Origin: an uncultured Planctomycetaceae bacterium
GTDB lineage: Bacteria > Planctomycetota > Planctomycetia > Planctomycetales > Planctomycetaceae
DNA length: 64,000 nt
Assembly (NCBI GenBank): GCA_963976765.1
Contig: CAXBME010000020.1
Location: forward strand, 1-64,000
Direction: 5' to 3'
Shown here: positions 10,695 to 21,230 of the stretch, piece by piece
Position numbering within the stretch: position 1 is the first letter of the stretch
How the letters are laid out: each line of letters starts with the position of its first letter
The notes under the pieces: model-generated
The model's input: the letters and a program-made list of their open reading frames with translations, nothing else
Told to the model about the DNA's origin: nothing
The model's database searches: none
Program-made: the position numbers and the translations under genes

Positions 10695-10956
10695 TGAGCG
10701 GTTTGTTCCATTTCGATCTTGATGGTCAAGAACTGGAGCGGTGTTGGTTGGCAGTTTTGAGCGTGGGGTTTGCGAGTTGCCCGAGGGGTTTAGTTATGTG
10801 TTGGCGGGCGAGTCGGGGTCAGTGGCTCGACAGCTGTTTGGTATTTAAGGTGTGTGTGTCTGTCTTTGTGTTGATTGGATTGTCTGTTTTGCGAAGTTTA
10901 TTCGCTGGTGGACTGTAGTTTTGAGGGTTGGCGTTGCTTGTTAAGTGTTTAACTGG

Positions 10957-12081
10957 TTAAGCGGCTCGCTTCATGCGGTGTGTTGCGTGAATTAGAGAGT
11001 TGGCGACGTGAGTGAGTTGTTCGTCTGTCAGTTCCGGGCCGATTGGAATTGCCAGGGACTCCTGTGAGGCGAGTTCTGAATGGGGCAGTGCGAATGTTTT
11101 GTGTGGTTCTGTGGCAAAGCATTCCTGCTGATGCAGTGGCTTTGGGTAGTAGACTGCGCTCGGCACGCCGATCTGCTTGAGGCTCGACATGATCGCTTCA
11201 CGATTGTCTACGCGGATGACATATTGGTTATAGACGTGCCTCCCTGCTGAGGGGGCAGGTCTGCGAATCTCGCTACAGTGCGCAAGCATCTGATCGTAGC
11301 GTGCTGCGTTTTGTTGCCGACTTTCGGTCCACGAATCCAGGTGTCGCAGTTTGACGGATACAATTGCAGCCTGGATCGTGTCCAGTCGGAAATTGCCGCC
11401 TATAACCTTGTGGAAGTACTTCGGTTTTGATCCGTGAACGCGGAGGACTCTGAGTCGTTCTGCTCGTTCTGCGTCATTGGTGACGACCATGCCTCCGTCG
11501 CCAGCGCAGCCGAGATTCTTGGCGGGGAAGAAACTGAAGCATCCGTAATGCCCGATGGAGCCGGCTCGCTGCCCCTTGTATTCCGCACCGATAGCCTGGG
11601 CGGCATCCTCGATGACGACCAGGTTGTGCTCTCTTGCAATCTCCATGACAGGGGCCATGTCAGCCATTTGGCCAAACAAGTGGACCGGGATGATCGCTTT
11701 TGTTCGGGATGTGATTTTTTCTGCGATAAGGTCGGGGTTGATGTTAAAAGTGTTCGGGTCGATATCGACGAAGACAGGTGTCGCACCGAGTCGAGCAACG
11801 CAACCAGCTGTCGCGAAGAAGCTGTAAGCTGTGGTGATGACTTCGTCGCCTGGTCCGATGTTTTCGGCCATCAAGGATACGAGTAACGCATCGGTGCCCG
11901 AAGAGACTCCGACGCCAAAATTGCATTGGCTATACTCGGCAATGGCCTTTTCGCAGGCTGTAACCTGTGGGCCCATGATGAAATGCTGGCTGTTCATTAC
12001 CTGTTGAATTGCTTCGTCAATTTCGTCCTTGATGGACTCGTACTGCAATTTCAGGTCGAGCATCGGCACAGTAGTCGTCAT
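10957..12081 (-). CDS. DegT/DnrJ/EryC1/StrS PLP aminotransferase (WbpE-like)
   Basis: Motifs SSGTDAL, EDAAQA, SFFPAKNLG and NFRLDTIQAA. Confidence 0.92.
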   Translation of the reverse strand: MTTTVPMLDLKLQYESIKDEIDEAIQQVMNSQHFIMGPQVTACEKAIAEYSQCNFGVGVSSGTDALLVSLMAENIGPGDEVITTAYSFFATAGCVARLGATPVFVDIDPNTFNINPDLIAEKITSRTKAIIPVHLFGQMADMAPVMEIAREHNLVVIEDAAQAIGAEYKGQRAGSIGHYGCFSFFPAKNLGCAGDGGMVVTNDAERAERLRVLRVHGSKPKYFHKVIGGNFRLDTIQAAIVSVKLRHLDSWTESRQQNAARYDQMLAHCSEIRRPAPSAGRHVYNQYVIRVDNREAIMSSLKQIGVPSAVYYPKPLHQQECFATEPHKTFALPHSELASQESLAIPIGPELTDEQLTHVANSLIHATHRMKRAA

Positions 12082-12164
12082 GACTCGCGTTTCCGTCGAT
12101 AGTTTTGTGGGGCGAATAAGCCGGCGTTGAGCCAGTGTGTGAGATGGTGGTCTCTTTCTGTTGG

Positions 12165-13835
12165 CTAGCCAGCGAAGAGTCGAGCTTTTCTTGCCTGGTT
12201 CTGGATATCTCGATACGGGGTCTGTCCGGTTGCCATTTCGGCGGGCAGCGGGTCCGATTCGGAAATATCCAAGCAAGTCAAATTACCTGCCTGGTCTTCT
12301 CGATATTTCAGGCCGCTTTCGGGGCAGACAAGAATGCCGGGTGTGCCTGAATTCATTTTCTGCCCGTGGCGACTCATCCAGCCAGTTTGTCTTGCCGGGT
12401 TTCCAATCATGAGCGCGTAGTCAGGAACGTCTTTTGTGACGACGGCGCCTGCGGCAATGAATGAGTATTGCCCGACATTGACTCCGCAGACGATGGTGGC
12501 ATTTGCGCCGACTGTTGCGCCTCGCCGGATGGTGGTTGTTTCGTAGAGGTTCTTTCGGCTTACTTGCGAGCGAGGGTTGCTGACGTTGGTCAATACGCAA
12601 CTTGGTCCGAGGAACACGTCGTCTTCGACGATGGTGCCCGTGTAGACGGAGACGTTGTTTTGGATCTTGACCCGATTGCCGATTCTGACCTGTGGTGAGA
12701 TGCAGCAGTTCTGGCCGATACTGCAAGCCTCTCCGATTTCAGCACCATCCATGACGTGCGAGTAATGCCAGATTGATGTTCCCTCGCCAACTTCTGCAAG
12801 CGGGTCTACTTCGGCTGTTTTGTGGATCGAAACATTGCGCCCCGGAGGCGTTTTGAGAGTCTCGCCGATGGCTGGTCGTATTGATTCAAGCTGCTGCTGG
12901 CAGGTAGACAGAACTCGGAGTACACGCAGGCCTTCTTTGCCGTCGGTGATGGGTGGTACGCGGGATTCGATGGCGTTAATGAATTCGCGGCATTCCTGTT
13001 TCAGTGGCTCGGATTCCGGGAGTGTTACCGGCTGCGCTTCGGCCTTCACTGCAGTTGGAATTCGATCCTGCCAGTTTACTTTATGGGGATAAAGCACAAG
13101 CTTGTGTTCGGCAGTGTCGTCGAAAACGGCCATTTGGTCTGAGCCGATGACTACCAGTCTCTGCTCTTTGAATGGGTGCAGCCAGCTGACGTGAATGTGC
13201 GCACTGGCTCCGCTGGCAAAGGACATCTGAGTCATCGTCACGTCGGCAACGTTCCGGCTCAGGTATGACGCTCCCTGGCAGTCGACCTGTGTCGGCTCTT
13301 CATTCAACAGGCCGAGAATGACAGAGATATCGTGAGGGGCGAAGCTCCAGAGGATGTTCTCTTCTGTTCGAAATTTTCCGATGTTTAATCGATTCGAATA
13401 GATGTAATCAATACGCCCGAGCTGCCCCGAAGCCACCAGTTCTTTGAGCGCTATGACTGCTGGGTGATAGTGAAGGATGTGGCCGACCATGAGCATCTGG
13501 CCAGTGGTCTCGGCGACCTGATTCAATCGCTCACCATCGGCGACCGAGAGCGAGAGTGGCTTTTCGACGAAGCAGTCTTTGCCGGCGCTCATCACTTTTT
13601 CGGCGAGCGTTGCGTGTGTGGCAGCGGGGGTTGCCAGTGCGACCGCGTCAATTTCCGGGTCACACAGGACATCCTCAAACGAAGTCGTAAAGCGTACGTC
13701 CGGGTAGAGTTCGGCCACGACGGATGCTCGCGATAGGTCTGCGTCGCAAACCAGCGAAAGTGCCCCCAGTTCGTGGAAGTTTCGGATCAGGTTCTTGCCC
13801 CAGTATCCGAAGCCGACAACGGCAATACGCTTCAT
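12165..13835 (-). CDS. Fused Gfo/Idh/MocA oxidoreductase (WbpB-like) and hexapeptide N-acetyltransferase (WbpD-like)
   Basis: The N-terminal part has VVGFGYWG, EKP and SFAPHD. The C-terminal part has left-handed beta-helix hexapeptides (IGQNCCISP, KIQNNVSVY) and GNPARQTGWMSRHG. Confidence 0.88.
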   Translation of the reverse strand: MKRIAVVGFGYWGKNLIRNFHELGALSLVCDADLSRASVVAELYPDVRFTTSFEDVLCDPEIDAVALATPAATHATLAEKVMSAGKDCFVEKPLSLSVADGERLNQVAETTGQMLMVGHILHYHPAVIALKELVASGQLGRIDYIYSNRLNIGKFRTEENILWSFAPHDISVILGLLNEEPTQVDCQGASYLSRNVADVTMTQMSFASGASAHIHVSWLHPFKEQRLVVIGSDQMAVFDDTAEHKLVLYPHKVNWQDRIPTAVKAEAQPVTLPESEPLKQECREFINAIESRVPPITDGKEGLRVLRVLSTCQQQLESIRPAIGETLKTPPGRNVSIHKTAEVDPLAEVGEGTSIWHYSHVMDGAEIGEACSIGQNCCISPQVRIGNRVKIQNNVSVYTGTIVEDDVFLGPSCVLTNVSNPRSQVSRKNLYETTTIRRGATVGANATIVCGVNVGQYSFIAAGAVVTKDVPDYALMIGNPARQTGWMSRHGQKMNSGTPGILVCPESGLKYREDQAGNLTCLDISESDPLPAEMATGQTPYRDIQNQARKARLFAG

Positions 13836-14673
13836 ATCTATCGATCCTTCGATTTTGATCTCAATCCGTTTTCCCATTTCCTGTGGGTGAAATGGAAACT
13901 TCTCAACCGACACAGCACAGCAATCCGTGCTGTGTGGTGGACGGTGAGCTTCTGATGCTTCTCCGATTTGATGCAAACCGCAGATGAACAGACCAGTGAA
14001 AGCTATGCTCGGAGCGGGTTTCTGGTCAATAGAGGATTATTTTGCGGCGGATGGAATGCGAGGAACAGTGAGCCTCGTGTCTGGCGGTTTTCGACAGCGC
14101 GTTGCCAGACGCGAATCAGGTCAGGTGTGGTGGCAACTCAGGCTCTTGTCGAGTTCAGATGCCTGGCGTTATCTGGACGAAAGTTTGAGTGGCAGAAACC
14201 TGTTCCTGGCAACAGGTTTTCGGTGATTGCTCGTGGCGATGATTTTTCGAGGCGTCATTGCCCGGTTCACGAAGCTGCAAGGCGATGGTGGCGACGTGAG
14301 TGCTCATGGACAGAATGAAACGAGGAGAGAGGAGTCGGGAATCGTCTCTGCTTCCTCTGTTCTCTCTGGTTGGAAATCTATCTGCCCGACTGTCTGGCTT
14401 TGGCGTTTTGGAGGTGGCCGTGATTGCTTGTAATCACGGCGGCGCAGCCGCAAGACACCATTCGTCGGCTTGAGCCGCTTATCGCTTATCGCTAGTCGCT
14501 CCGTGATTCCGGTTGCGGGCAGCCGGTGTTGCCCTGCGATATGTAAATATTCCGCAGGATCGGACTGCTGGGTCTAGTTAATAGTCGCAATCCAATGCAT
14601 GAATTTGGGCTGAAGTGATCGGCGTGATCTACTCTGGTGCAGCACGTTTGCAGTTGTTTCTGGAGAATTCGAG

Positions 14674-15576
14674 ATGCCAATACTTGCGATGATGAATTTG
14701 AAGGGCGGAGTCGCCAAAACCACATGCACGGTTGCTTTGGCTGAATGTTTGGCAGCTCAAGGCTTTCGTACGCTTGTCATTGATGCGGACCATCAGTCAA
14801 TGGCTGGTCATCTTTTGCTAGGCGAACGCCGCGCGGCGGGTGTGGGGGCTGCAAAGCGGACGTTGAATGACCTTTTTGTTGCGATGTTGCGTCAGGACTT
14901 TGATGCATCCTTGTTTTCGCAGTTTCTTACACGTGACGCATCTAATATTTCTGGTGGTCTTGAAAATCTGAATGTGCTGCCGTGTTCGGAAAGGATTGAG
15001 GCAATTTGTTCGAATGTTGCACGGGGCGGCCACGGTAGGTTGACGGAATCCGAAATAAGAAACCGATTGCGCCAGCAGCTTCCAGCGTGGAAACGCAGTC
15101 TTGGGCAGGAGTTTGACTTCGTGCTGATTGACTCACCGCCGGGGCTCCCGTTGCAAATGCGAGTGCTACTGTCGCTTGCTGATGGATTCGTGATTCCATG
15201 TATTCCTGATCTGCTGTCTGTCAAGGGGGCTTTGAATCTTCTGGCCCGGGTTAAGAAAGAAGGTTTTGGACTTCGCTCAGTTGGGATTCTTTGGACGCTC
15301 TATCGAGAGCAGAACTCAATTCATCGCGGAATCGTTGATGGTTTTCAAAATTCACGTGTAAAGGAATTACTGCCTCCACCTTTTGAGGTTGTGATACCTA
15401 ACGCGACGGCGATTGGGCAAACCGCGAGCCCTGGAAGTCGCTATCATTCATTTCGTAGTAAGTATACTCCCGTGCTGGCTACGCGGTTTGAATCAGTTTG
15501 CGATGAGTTGGTCATGCGGAGTCGGAATATGTTCAACTCAAGATTTCCGACCGATCATTCACGAACGATAAGGTAG
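14674..15576 (+). CDS. ParA/Soj-family ATPase (orphan)
   Basis: Deviant Walker A KGGVAKTT, IDADHQ and IDSPPG; no parB adjacent. Confidence 0.85.
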   Translation: MPILAMMNLKGGVAKTTCTVALAECLAAQGFRTLVIDADHQSMAGHLLLGERRAAGVGAAKRTLNDLFVAMLRQDFDASLFSQFLTRDASNISGGLENLNVLPCSERIEAICSNVARGGHGRLTESEIRNRLRQQLPAWKRSLGQEFDFVLIDSPPGLPLQMRVLLSLADGFVIPCIPDLLSVKGALNLLARVKKEGFGLRSVGILWTLYREQNSIHRGIVDGFQNSRVKELLPPPFEVVIPNATAIGQTASPGSRYHSFRSKYTPVLATRFESVCDELVMRSRNMFNSRFPTDHSRTIR

Positions 15577-15726
15577 AGACCTTTCCAGCAGGGCGAAAAA
15601 CACGACACTTCGCGGTCGCAGCGAATCGCCTGTGCGGGCCTTTCGGCTATTTCGTGGTAACAACCGAGGCTGTAATTCTGTCGGCAGAATGTTGCCACTG
15701 ACGGGAGCGAATCCCGGGCACGTTGC

Positions 15727-16323
15727 TTAACTCAGCTCGCCGTCGCTCTGCGGCTCTTTGAGCAGGATGCGGAGTTTTTCGCGGAGTTCGTTGCGGGCTC
15801 GGTGGATGCGGCTGCGAATGGTGCCGATCGGGCAGCCGGCGGCTTCAGCGGCGTCCTCGTAGGAGAGGCCTTCGATTTCAGTCAGGACGATTGCCTGGCG
15901 GAAGTCGTCCGAGAGTTCGCTCAGGGCTCGGCGAACCAGTTCCTGCTCTTCCTGAACTTCCATGCGGGCGGAGGGGCGAGCGCCGCCTCGTTCATCGACG
16001 GGTTCGATGCCGGCGGCTTCTTTGGCAGTTTCGACGGAAGTCGTTTTCTGTCGGGCGGCTTTGCGGCGGAAGCTGATCGTCGCATTCACGGCGATGCGGA
16101 ACAGCCACGTGTAGAACTGCGAGTCGCCTCGGAAGGAATCCAGCTTGCGGAAGGCGTGGACGAAGGCTTCCTGAGCGAGATCCCGGGCGTCTTCCGGCGA
16201 CTTGACCATCAGCATCAGCGAGTGATACAGCCGGTCCTGATAGCGCACGACAAGCTGGCCGAACGCGTCCGTGTTGCCCGCGAGCGTTGCCTGAATCAGT
16301 TTCTGGTCGTCTTCGGAAGTCAA
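15727..16323 (-). CDS. ECF sigma-70 factor
   Basis: Motifs DARDLAQEAF, FYTWLFRIAVN and GTIRSRIHRAR; TTG start. Confidence 0.9.
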   Translation of the reverse strand: MTSEDDQKLIQATLAGNTDAFGQLVVRYQDRLYHSLMLMVKSPEDARDLAQEAFVHAFRKLDSFRGDSQFYTWLFRIAVNATISFRRKAARQKTTSVETAKEAAGIEPVDERGGARPSARMEVQEEQELVRRALSELSDDFRQAIVLTEIEGLSYEDAAEAAGCPIGTIRSRIHRARNELREKLRILLKEPQSDGELS

Positions 16324-16350
16324 CGGATGCGGGCTGCTCTGGGCGCTGGA

Positions 16351-17439
16351 TCAAACAGTTGGCGAAACCTGACCGCCAGGAGACGACGGTGATGGTAATT
16401 GCGACGACGGGCGAGTCCAACTCCACCACGACAGAAGGATGCCGCCAGCAAGGACTCCCAGGCTGACCAGTTGAGAAATTGTCAGGCTGGTACCGAGTTG
16501 TCCGGCTTCATCGTTCCTCAGAATTTCCAGGCCGATCCGCGAAATTGGATAGAGCATCATTGCCAGCGCCATGACTGACCCATCGCCTTTCCGGTAGCGG
16601 TAGTAGGCGGTCATGATCACTGCCAGGACGATACCGTTGATCGAGCTGTAAAGCTGCGTCGGGTGCAGCGGCATGGTCTGAAGAGCGTCGGGCATGAGGA
16701 AGCCGTTCTTGACGAGGGCGCCCCAGGCGGCACTTTCTTTGGGAAACTGCACGGCCCACGGCAGCGAGCACGCGTTGCCGTAGCAGCATCCGTTGAGGAA
16801 GCAGCCTAGTCGCCCAAACGCGATTCCGACGAACACGGCCGGCACGACCGCGTCGCCGAACTTCAGCGGATCGACTTTGTTCATTCGGCACATCACGAAG
16901 TACGCGATCGTCGCGAGAATTATTCCGCCATACAGGACCAGGCCGCCGTCCGGCAGCATGACCGATGCTTTGACGAAGTCAGCCAGCGAGTGGCAGTCTC
17001 GGTAAACGACCTCGCGGTATTGAACGAGGTGAAAGAGTCGCGCTCCGACGACGCCTGAGAGAACGATCCAGACAGCCAGTTCCCGAGCAAAGGTCGGGTC
17101 CGCGTTGGCGAGTGGTGCTCGCTTGGCCGCTGTCCATCCACAGGCGATTACGCCGCAAACGAGCATCGCTCCGTAGCCAAAGACCGGCACGTGAGTGATC
17201 TGCGGCGGGACGATCGACGGGACGAGCACGATGCCGGCAGCGAACGCCGCCCAGTAGCCGGCAGCGACTTTCAGCTCGCTGGTGAAGCCGCCTTCTGACT
17301 TCAGAAGGCGTTTCAGCGAGAACGCTCCGAAGAGGCACCACGCCAGCAGCACGATGCCGAACCCGAAACCGGGCACATCGCCGAGCGGGCCGAGCGACCA
17401 GTCGCCCTGAATCGGGATTCGTAAGAGAACCTGTCGCAC
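16351..17439 (-). CDS. lgt: Prolipoprotein diacylglyceryl transferase
   Basis: Motifs GARLFH, GGLVLYGG, GRLGCFLNGCCYG and HPTQLYS. GTG start at 17439. Confidence 0.88.
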   Translation of the reverse strand: MRQVLLRIPIQGDWSLGPLGDVPGFGFGIVLLAWCLFGAFSLKRLLKSEGGFTSELKVAAGYWAAFAAGIVLVPSIVPPQITHVPVFGYGAMLVCGVIACGWTAAKRAPLANADPTFARELAVWIVLSGVVGARLFHLVQYREVVYRDCHSLADFVKASVMLPDGGLVLYGGIILATIAYFVMCRMNKVDPLKFGDAVVPAVFVGIAFGRLGCFLNGCCYGNACSLPWAVQFPKESAAWGALVKNGFLMPDALQTMPLHPTQLYSSINGIVLAVIMTAYYRYRKGDGSVMALAMMLYPISRIGLEILRNDEAGQLGTSLTISQLVSLGVLAGGILLSWWSWTRPSSQLPSPSSPGGQVSPTV

Positions 17440-17613
17440 AGCGGTCTCCGAGAAGAAATTTGCCGCAGATTTTCGCGAATAAACGTAGATGCCACCTTGA
17501 CGAGTCGGCTGTTTGTCTGCGTCCATCTACGAAAATTTGCGGCTTAGGTTTTGTACGGGGCAGTTTGATTTTCCGCCGTCGCAGGAATGGCCAGGAATAA
17601 CCAGGCAAATTCG

Positions 17614-18471
17614 TCAGGAATGTACTCGCATCGAAATCAGCATGTTGTCGATCAGCCGCGTTGATCCGACTCTGGCCGCAATCAGAGCGACCATTTCAGG
17701 CATAGCGTGTTGGGTTTCAGAAAGGTTATTCGCGTCGGCGATCACGGCGTAGTCCAGTTTTATGTCCGGAAACTGCGAGAGATGGTCAATCATCGCCTGT
17801 CTGGCCTGGGCGGGTGATCGACCTTCGACTTTGCAGGCATCGTGAGCCAGCTTCAGAGCCTGCGACAAGGCAAGAGCTGTTTGCCGGTCGGAGTCGCTGA
17901 GGTACGTGTTGCGGCTGCTCATGGCAAGGCCGTCGGATTCTCGAACGGTCGGGCAGGTGCGAATTTCGACCGGGACGTTCAGGTCGTCGATCATGTGGCG
18001 AATCAGCAGTTGCTGCTGATAGTCCTTCTGCCCGAAGAAGGCGATGTCCGGCAGGACCATGTTGAACAGCTTCAGGACAATCGTAGTGACGCCTCGGAAA
18101 TGGCTGGGGCGGTGAGCGCCTTCCAGCGTTGTCGAGCACCGGGGAACTTCTACGAACGCGGCGTCTTTCGCCGGGTAGACGGTGTCGGCGTCCGGGTTGA
18201 AAACCAGATCGACTCCCGCATCCCTGCATTTTCGCAGGTCGTCTTCGAGCGGCCTCGGATATTTCGACAGGTCTTCGTTTGGAGCAAACTGAGTCGGGTT
18301 CACGAAAATCGTAACAACGACGAAATCGGTTTGCTGAGTGGCTGCTTCGACCAGCGAGATGTGTCCATCGTGCAGCGCGCCCATTGTTGGCACGCAGCCG
18401 ATTTTTTTTCCGGCAGCGCGGGCTGAGCGGACCTCTGCTCGGAGTTCATTGATAGTCTGAACTGTTTTCAT
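17614..18471 (-). CDS. panC: Pantoate--beta-alanine ligase
   Basis: Motifs PTMGALHDGH, FVNPTQF, FGQKDYQQ, GLAMSSRN and RLIDN. Confidence 0.97.
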   Translation of the reverse strand: MKTVQTINELRAEVRSARAAGKKIGCVPTMGALHDGHISLVEAATQQTDFVVVTIFVNPTQFAPNEDLSKYPRPLEDDLRKCRDAGVDLVFNPDADTVYPAKDAAFVEVPRCSTTLEGAHRPSHFRGVTTIVLKLFNMVLPDIAFFGQKDYQQQLLIRHMIDDLNVPVEIRTCPTVRESDGLAMSSRNTYLSDSDRQTALALSQALKLAHDACKVEGRSPAQARQAMIDHLSQFPDIKLDYAVIADANNLSETQHAMPEMVALIAARVGSTRLIDNMLISMRVHS

Positions 18472-18509
18472 TTGATAATTTCAGCTTGCCAGCGGTTTGC
18501 GCAGCGATC

Positions 18510-18561
18510 GGGTGGCACTGCTGGCTTACCCGGCAGTGAGTCGTTTGCGGCAGTGCCGCAC
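18510..18561. repeat. REP-like palindrome (GGTGGCACTGCTGGCTTACCCGGCAGTG) with a partial inverted partner
   Basis: CACTGCTGG pairs with CCGGCAGTG; second arm ggcagtgccgcac; intergenic. Confidence 0.55.
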
Positions 18562-19649
18562 TATCTGCCAATCGTCTGGTTGGGGTGAGCAGGCACGTCG
18601 GCGAAGTCGTCTCCAGGATCCAGATCTTTATTCAGCTTGTCGATGAGTTGCCTGAGGCGACCGATGCTGCGGCGGTTGAATTTCATTTTCAGCCGTGGCA
18701 AGTGGCGGATGTGTTGTTCGTCCTGTTCAAAAAGGTGCGCGGCGGTTTTCTCGATGCGGCCACCAGCGAGCAGATCAGCGAATTCATCGTTGAGCTGGGC
18801 GACGTACTCGTCCGTTGGTTCGACTCGAATACGCAGAACCAGCCTGTCGCGGATGTAGCGCATGCTGTCGTAAACGGTGTAGAAGCTCATGATTTCGTCG
18901 TACGCTTCTTCAAGATCGTCCGTCACGAGAAACAGCGACATGTCGGCCGGTGAGATCAGCCCGTTGGCCAGAAGCTGCCGCTCGACGAACACCTTCCACT
19001 CTTTCCAGTAAGAGCCGCCCGGTTCGTCGATGCAGACAATCGGCATCATGTCACGTTTGCCGGTCTGGATGAGCGTCAAGGCTTCGAAACCTTCGTCCTG
19101 AGTTCCAAACCCGCCGGCAAACAGGGCGATTGCGTGAACTTCTTTGACGAAGAGCAGTTTTCGGGTGAAGAAGTATTTCAGGTTGACGAGTTTCGGATCG
19201 CCAGCGATCACGTGGTTCGCTTCCTGTTCGAATGGGAGAATAATGTTGACTCCCATCGACATTTCGCGACCGGCGCCAACGTGAGCTCCTTCCATGATGC
19301 CGCCGCCAGCTCCGGTCAGCACGTACCAGCCGGATTCAGCCATGACTTTGCCAAAGAGGGCCGAATGCTGATAGGCCCCTTCGTCCGGCTGAGTTCTTGC
19401 CGAGCCGAAGACGGTCACTTTTCGGTGATGGCGATATTTCGAAAAAACCTGAAATGAATAGCGAAGTTCTTTCAACGTGCGGCTGAGCAGTTTCAGATCA
19501 CCCGTCGTGGCGTTGTCGTGTTCAAGCTTGTCGATCGTTTCCCGCATTTCATCGAGAAGTCGTTTGCTGGTAACGGGACCCCTGCCTGGTTTGCTCTTGT
19601 CGCTTTCAGGCTGCTTGTCGGGATCCGCCTGCTTGTCGGGGCCATCCAT
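18561..19649 (-). CDS. LOG-family (Rossmann-fold nucleotide phosphoribohydrolase-like) protein
   Basis: Motifs [27 protein letters not shown] and GGFGTQDE. Confidence 0.88.
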   Translation of the reverse strand: MDGPDKQADPDKQPESDKSKPGRGPVTSKRLLDEMRETIDKLEHDNATTGDLKLLSRTLKELRYSFQVFSKYRHHRKVTVFGSARTQPDEGAYQHSALFGKVMAESGWYVLTGAGGGIMEGAHVGAGREMSMGVNIILPFEQEANHVIAGDPKLVNLKYFFTRKLLFVKEVHAIALFAGGFGTQDEGFEALTLIQTGKRDMMPIVCIDEPGGSYWKEWKVFVERQLLANGLISPADMSLFLVTDDLEEAYDEIMSFYTVYDSMRYIRDRLVLRIRVEPTDEYVAQLNDEFADLLAGGRIEKTAAHLFEQDEQHIRHLPRLKMKFNRRSIGRLRQLIDKLNKDLDPGDDFADVPAHPNQTIGR

Positions 19650-19824
19650 GAGTTTTCTCGATCCGTTATTCGATATCAGAAAATCAGGTGACACTAATAA
19701 CTGCGAATCTTCGCTGATGACTGAAGTTGTCATCCGGGAAGAGTTGGGTTAGCGGAAATTAGTGAGGACTGGTGTTCGAGCCTTTGTTCGAACGTGACTC
19801 CAGAATTTCGGTGAGAGTTCGCGT

Positions 19825-20190
19825 TTATCCCCCGACGGCTTCCAGAGCTTCTTCCTTCGTGTCGTAAATGGCCCACAGGGTGTCAAGGGCTGTGATCCGA
19901 AGAAGTTCGATGGCCAGGTCGCTCGCTCCGCAAAGGACGAGTTCTCCGCCCCGGCTTTTGACGAGTTTGTGGCACCGAAGCAGCAGAGCCAGGAAGACCG
20001 AGCCAAAGTAACTGACTTCGCTGAGGTCGAAGATAACCATCGGGACTTCCTGTTCCCGCATGGGGCCCATCACGATTTCGGCGGCCTGTTCGATGAGGTC
20101 CCACTTGAGATCTTCGATGTCGCTGGCCGGGGTGATCACGACCGTGCTGCCGTGCCATTTAAGTTCGAAGCTGTCGCTGAAGTCTGACAT
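19825..20190 (-). CDS. STAS-domain anti-sigma-factor antagonist
   Basis: [11 protein letters not shown] phosphorylation-loop motif and ELLRITALD. Confidence 0.85.
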   Translation of the reverse strand: MSDFSDSFELKWHGSTVVITPASDIEDLKWDLIEQAAEIVMGPMREQEVPMVIFDLSEVSYFGSVFLALLLRCHKLVKSRGGELVLCGASDLAIELLRITALDTLWAIYDTKEEALEAVGG

Positions 20191-20432
20191 GAATGGGTTC
20201 TCAGCCGATGCGAAAGTAATTCGGAAGGATGTGTCTGATCATTCTGGCCGAACGGCCTGGCGAGACTGCGGCAAATTACCAGCTTGTCGCCAGGGCGAGA
20301 AGTCGAGCTGTGGACCCGGAAGGGCTGTTCCTGGCAACTGGCCGAGCTGGACTGCCTTGATTCATCCGGCGAGAGCGGTAAACAACGTCTCAACCCTTGT
20401 TGTTAAACTTTTTCCAGGAGTGATCCCCAGTA

Positions 20433-21224
20433 ATGCCCGCACTCAGATTTGCCGCTGCAACTCGACATTTTGCTCAGCCGATTCGTCAATCGATCGATAC
20501 TGCTGCGTCGATCGGAGCGACTGGAGTGCAGTTTGACGTTCGAAACGAATTGAAACCAACCGAGCTTTCAGAAACCGGTCGACGCCATTTGATTCGACAA
20601 CTCGGCGAGCAACGGCTGGAGCTGGCATCGATTGAGTATCCAACCAGGCGAGCTTTTCATGACTCGGCAGAGCTTGATGCAAGAGTCGCTGGTCTGAAAG
20701 GGGCGCTGGAGTTTGCCTACTCGATGGGCGTGACAGTCGTTGTTGGCCGAATTGGCCGGATTCCCGACGATCCGGAACTGCCGGCTCACAAACTGTTGTG
20801 CGAGGTGTTAAACGATATCGCCCGGCATTCCAATCGGGTCGGCGCGACGTTCGCAGTTACCCCCTCCAGTGATTCTGTCGATGCTCTGCGAGGGTTGTTC
20901 GAACGGGTTACCGATGGACCGATCGGTTTGAATCTCGATCCGGCAGGCTTGATCATGAGCAGCGGCGATCCGGTGGAAACTTACCGGGCGTTTTACGATC
21001 GTGTCTTGTCCGTACAGATTCGCGACGGGCTGCGGGATGTCGACGGACAGGGAGTCGAAGTACCGCTCGGTCGCGGTGAAGTGGTGTGGGACGAGCTGTT
21101 GGCAATGCTGGAAGAAGGTTCGTTCCGAGGCTGGCTCGTCGCGACTCGATCTTCGGGGGACGACAGGGTTGGCGACATGGCCCGAGCCATTAAATACATC
21201 CGCACCGTCGCCTCCGGGGAGTAG
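20433..21224 (+). CDS. Sugar phosphate isomerase/epimerase (TIM barrel) family protein
   Basis: Motifs LNLDPA, VQIRDG and EVPLGRGEVVW. Confidence 0.75.
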   Translation: MPALRFAAATRHFAQPIRQSIDTAASIGATGVQFDVRNELKPTELSETGRRHLIRQLGEQRLELASIEYPTRRAFHDSAELDARVAGLKGALEFAYSMGVTVVVGRIGRIPDDPELPAHKLLCEVLNDIARHSNRVGATFAVTPSSDSVDALRGLFERVTDGPIGLNLDPAGLIMSSGDPVETYRAFYDRVLSVQIRDGLRDVDGQGVEVPLGRGEVVWDELLAMLEEGSFRGWLVATRSSGDDRVGDMARAIKYIRTVASGE

Positions 21225-21230
21225 TCGATA

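Noticed and set aside
13840..14670. JUMPStart/ops element upstream of the polysaccharide operon
   Set aside because: No GGCGGTAG match was found on the transcribed strand by eye.
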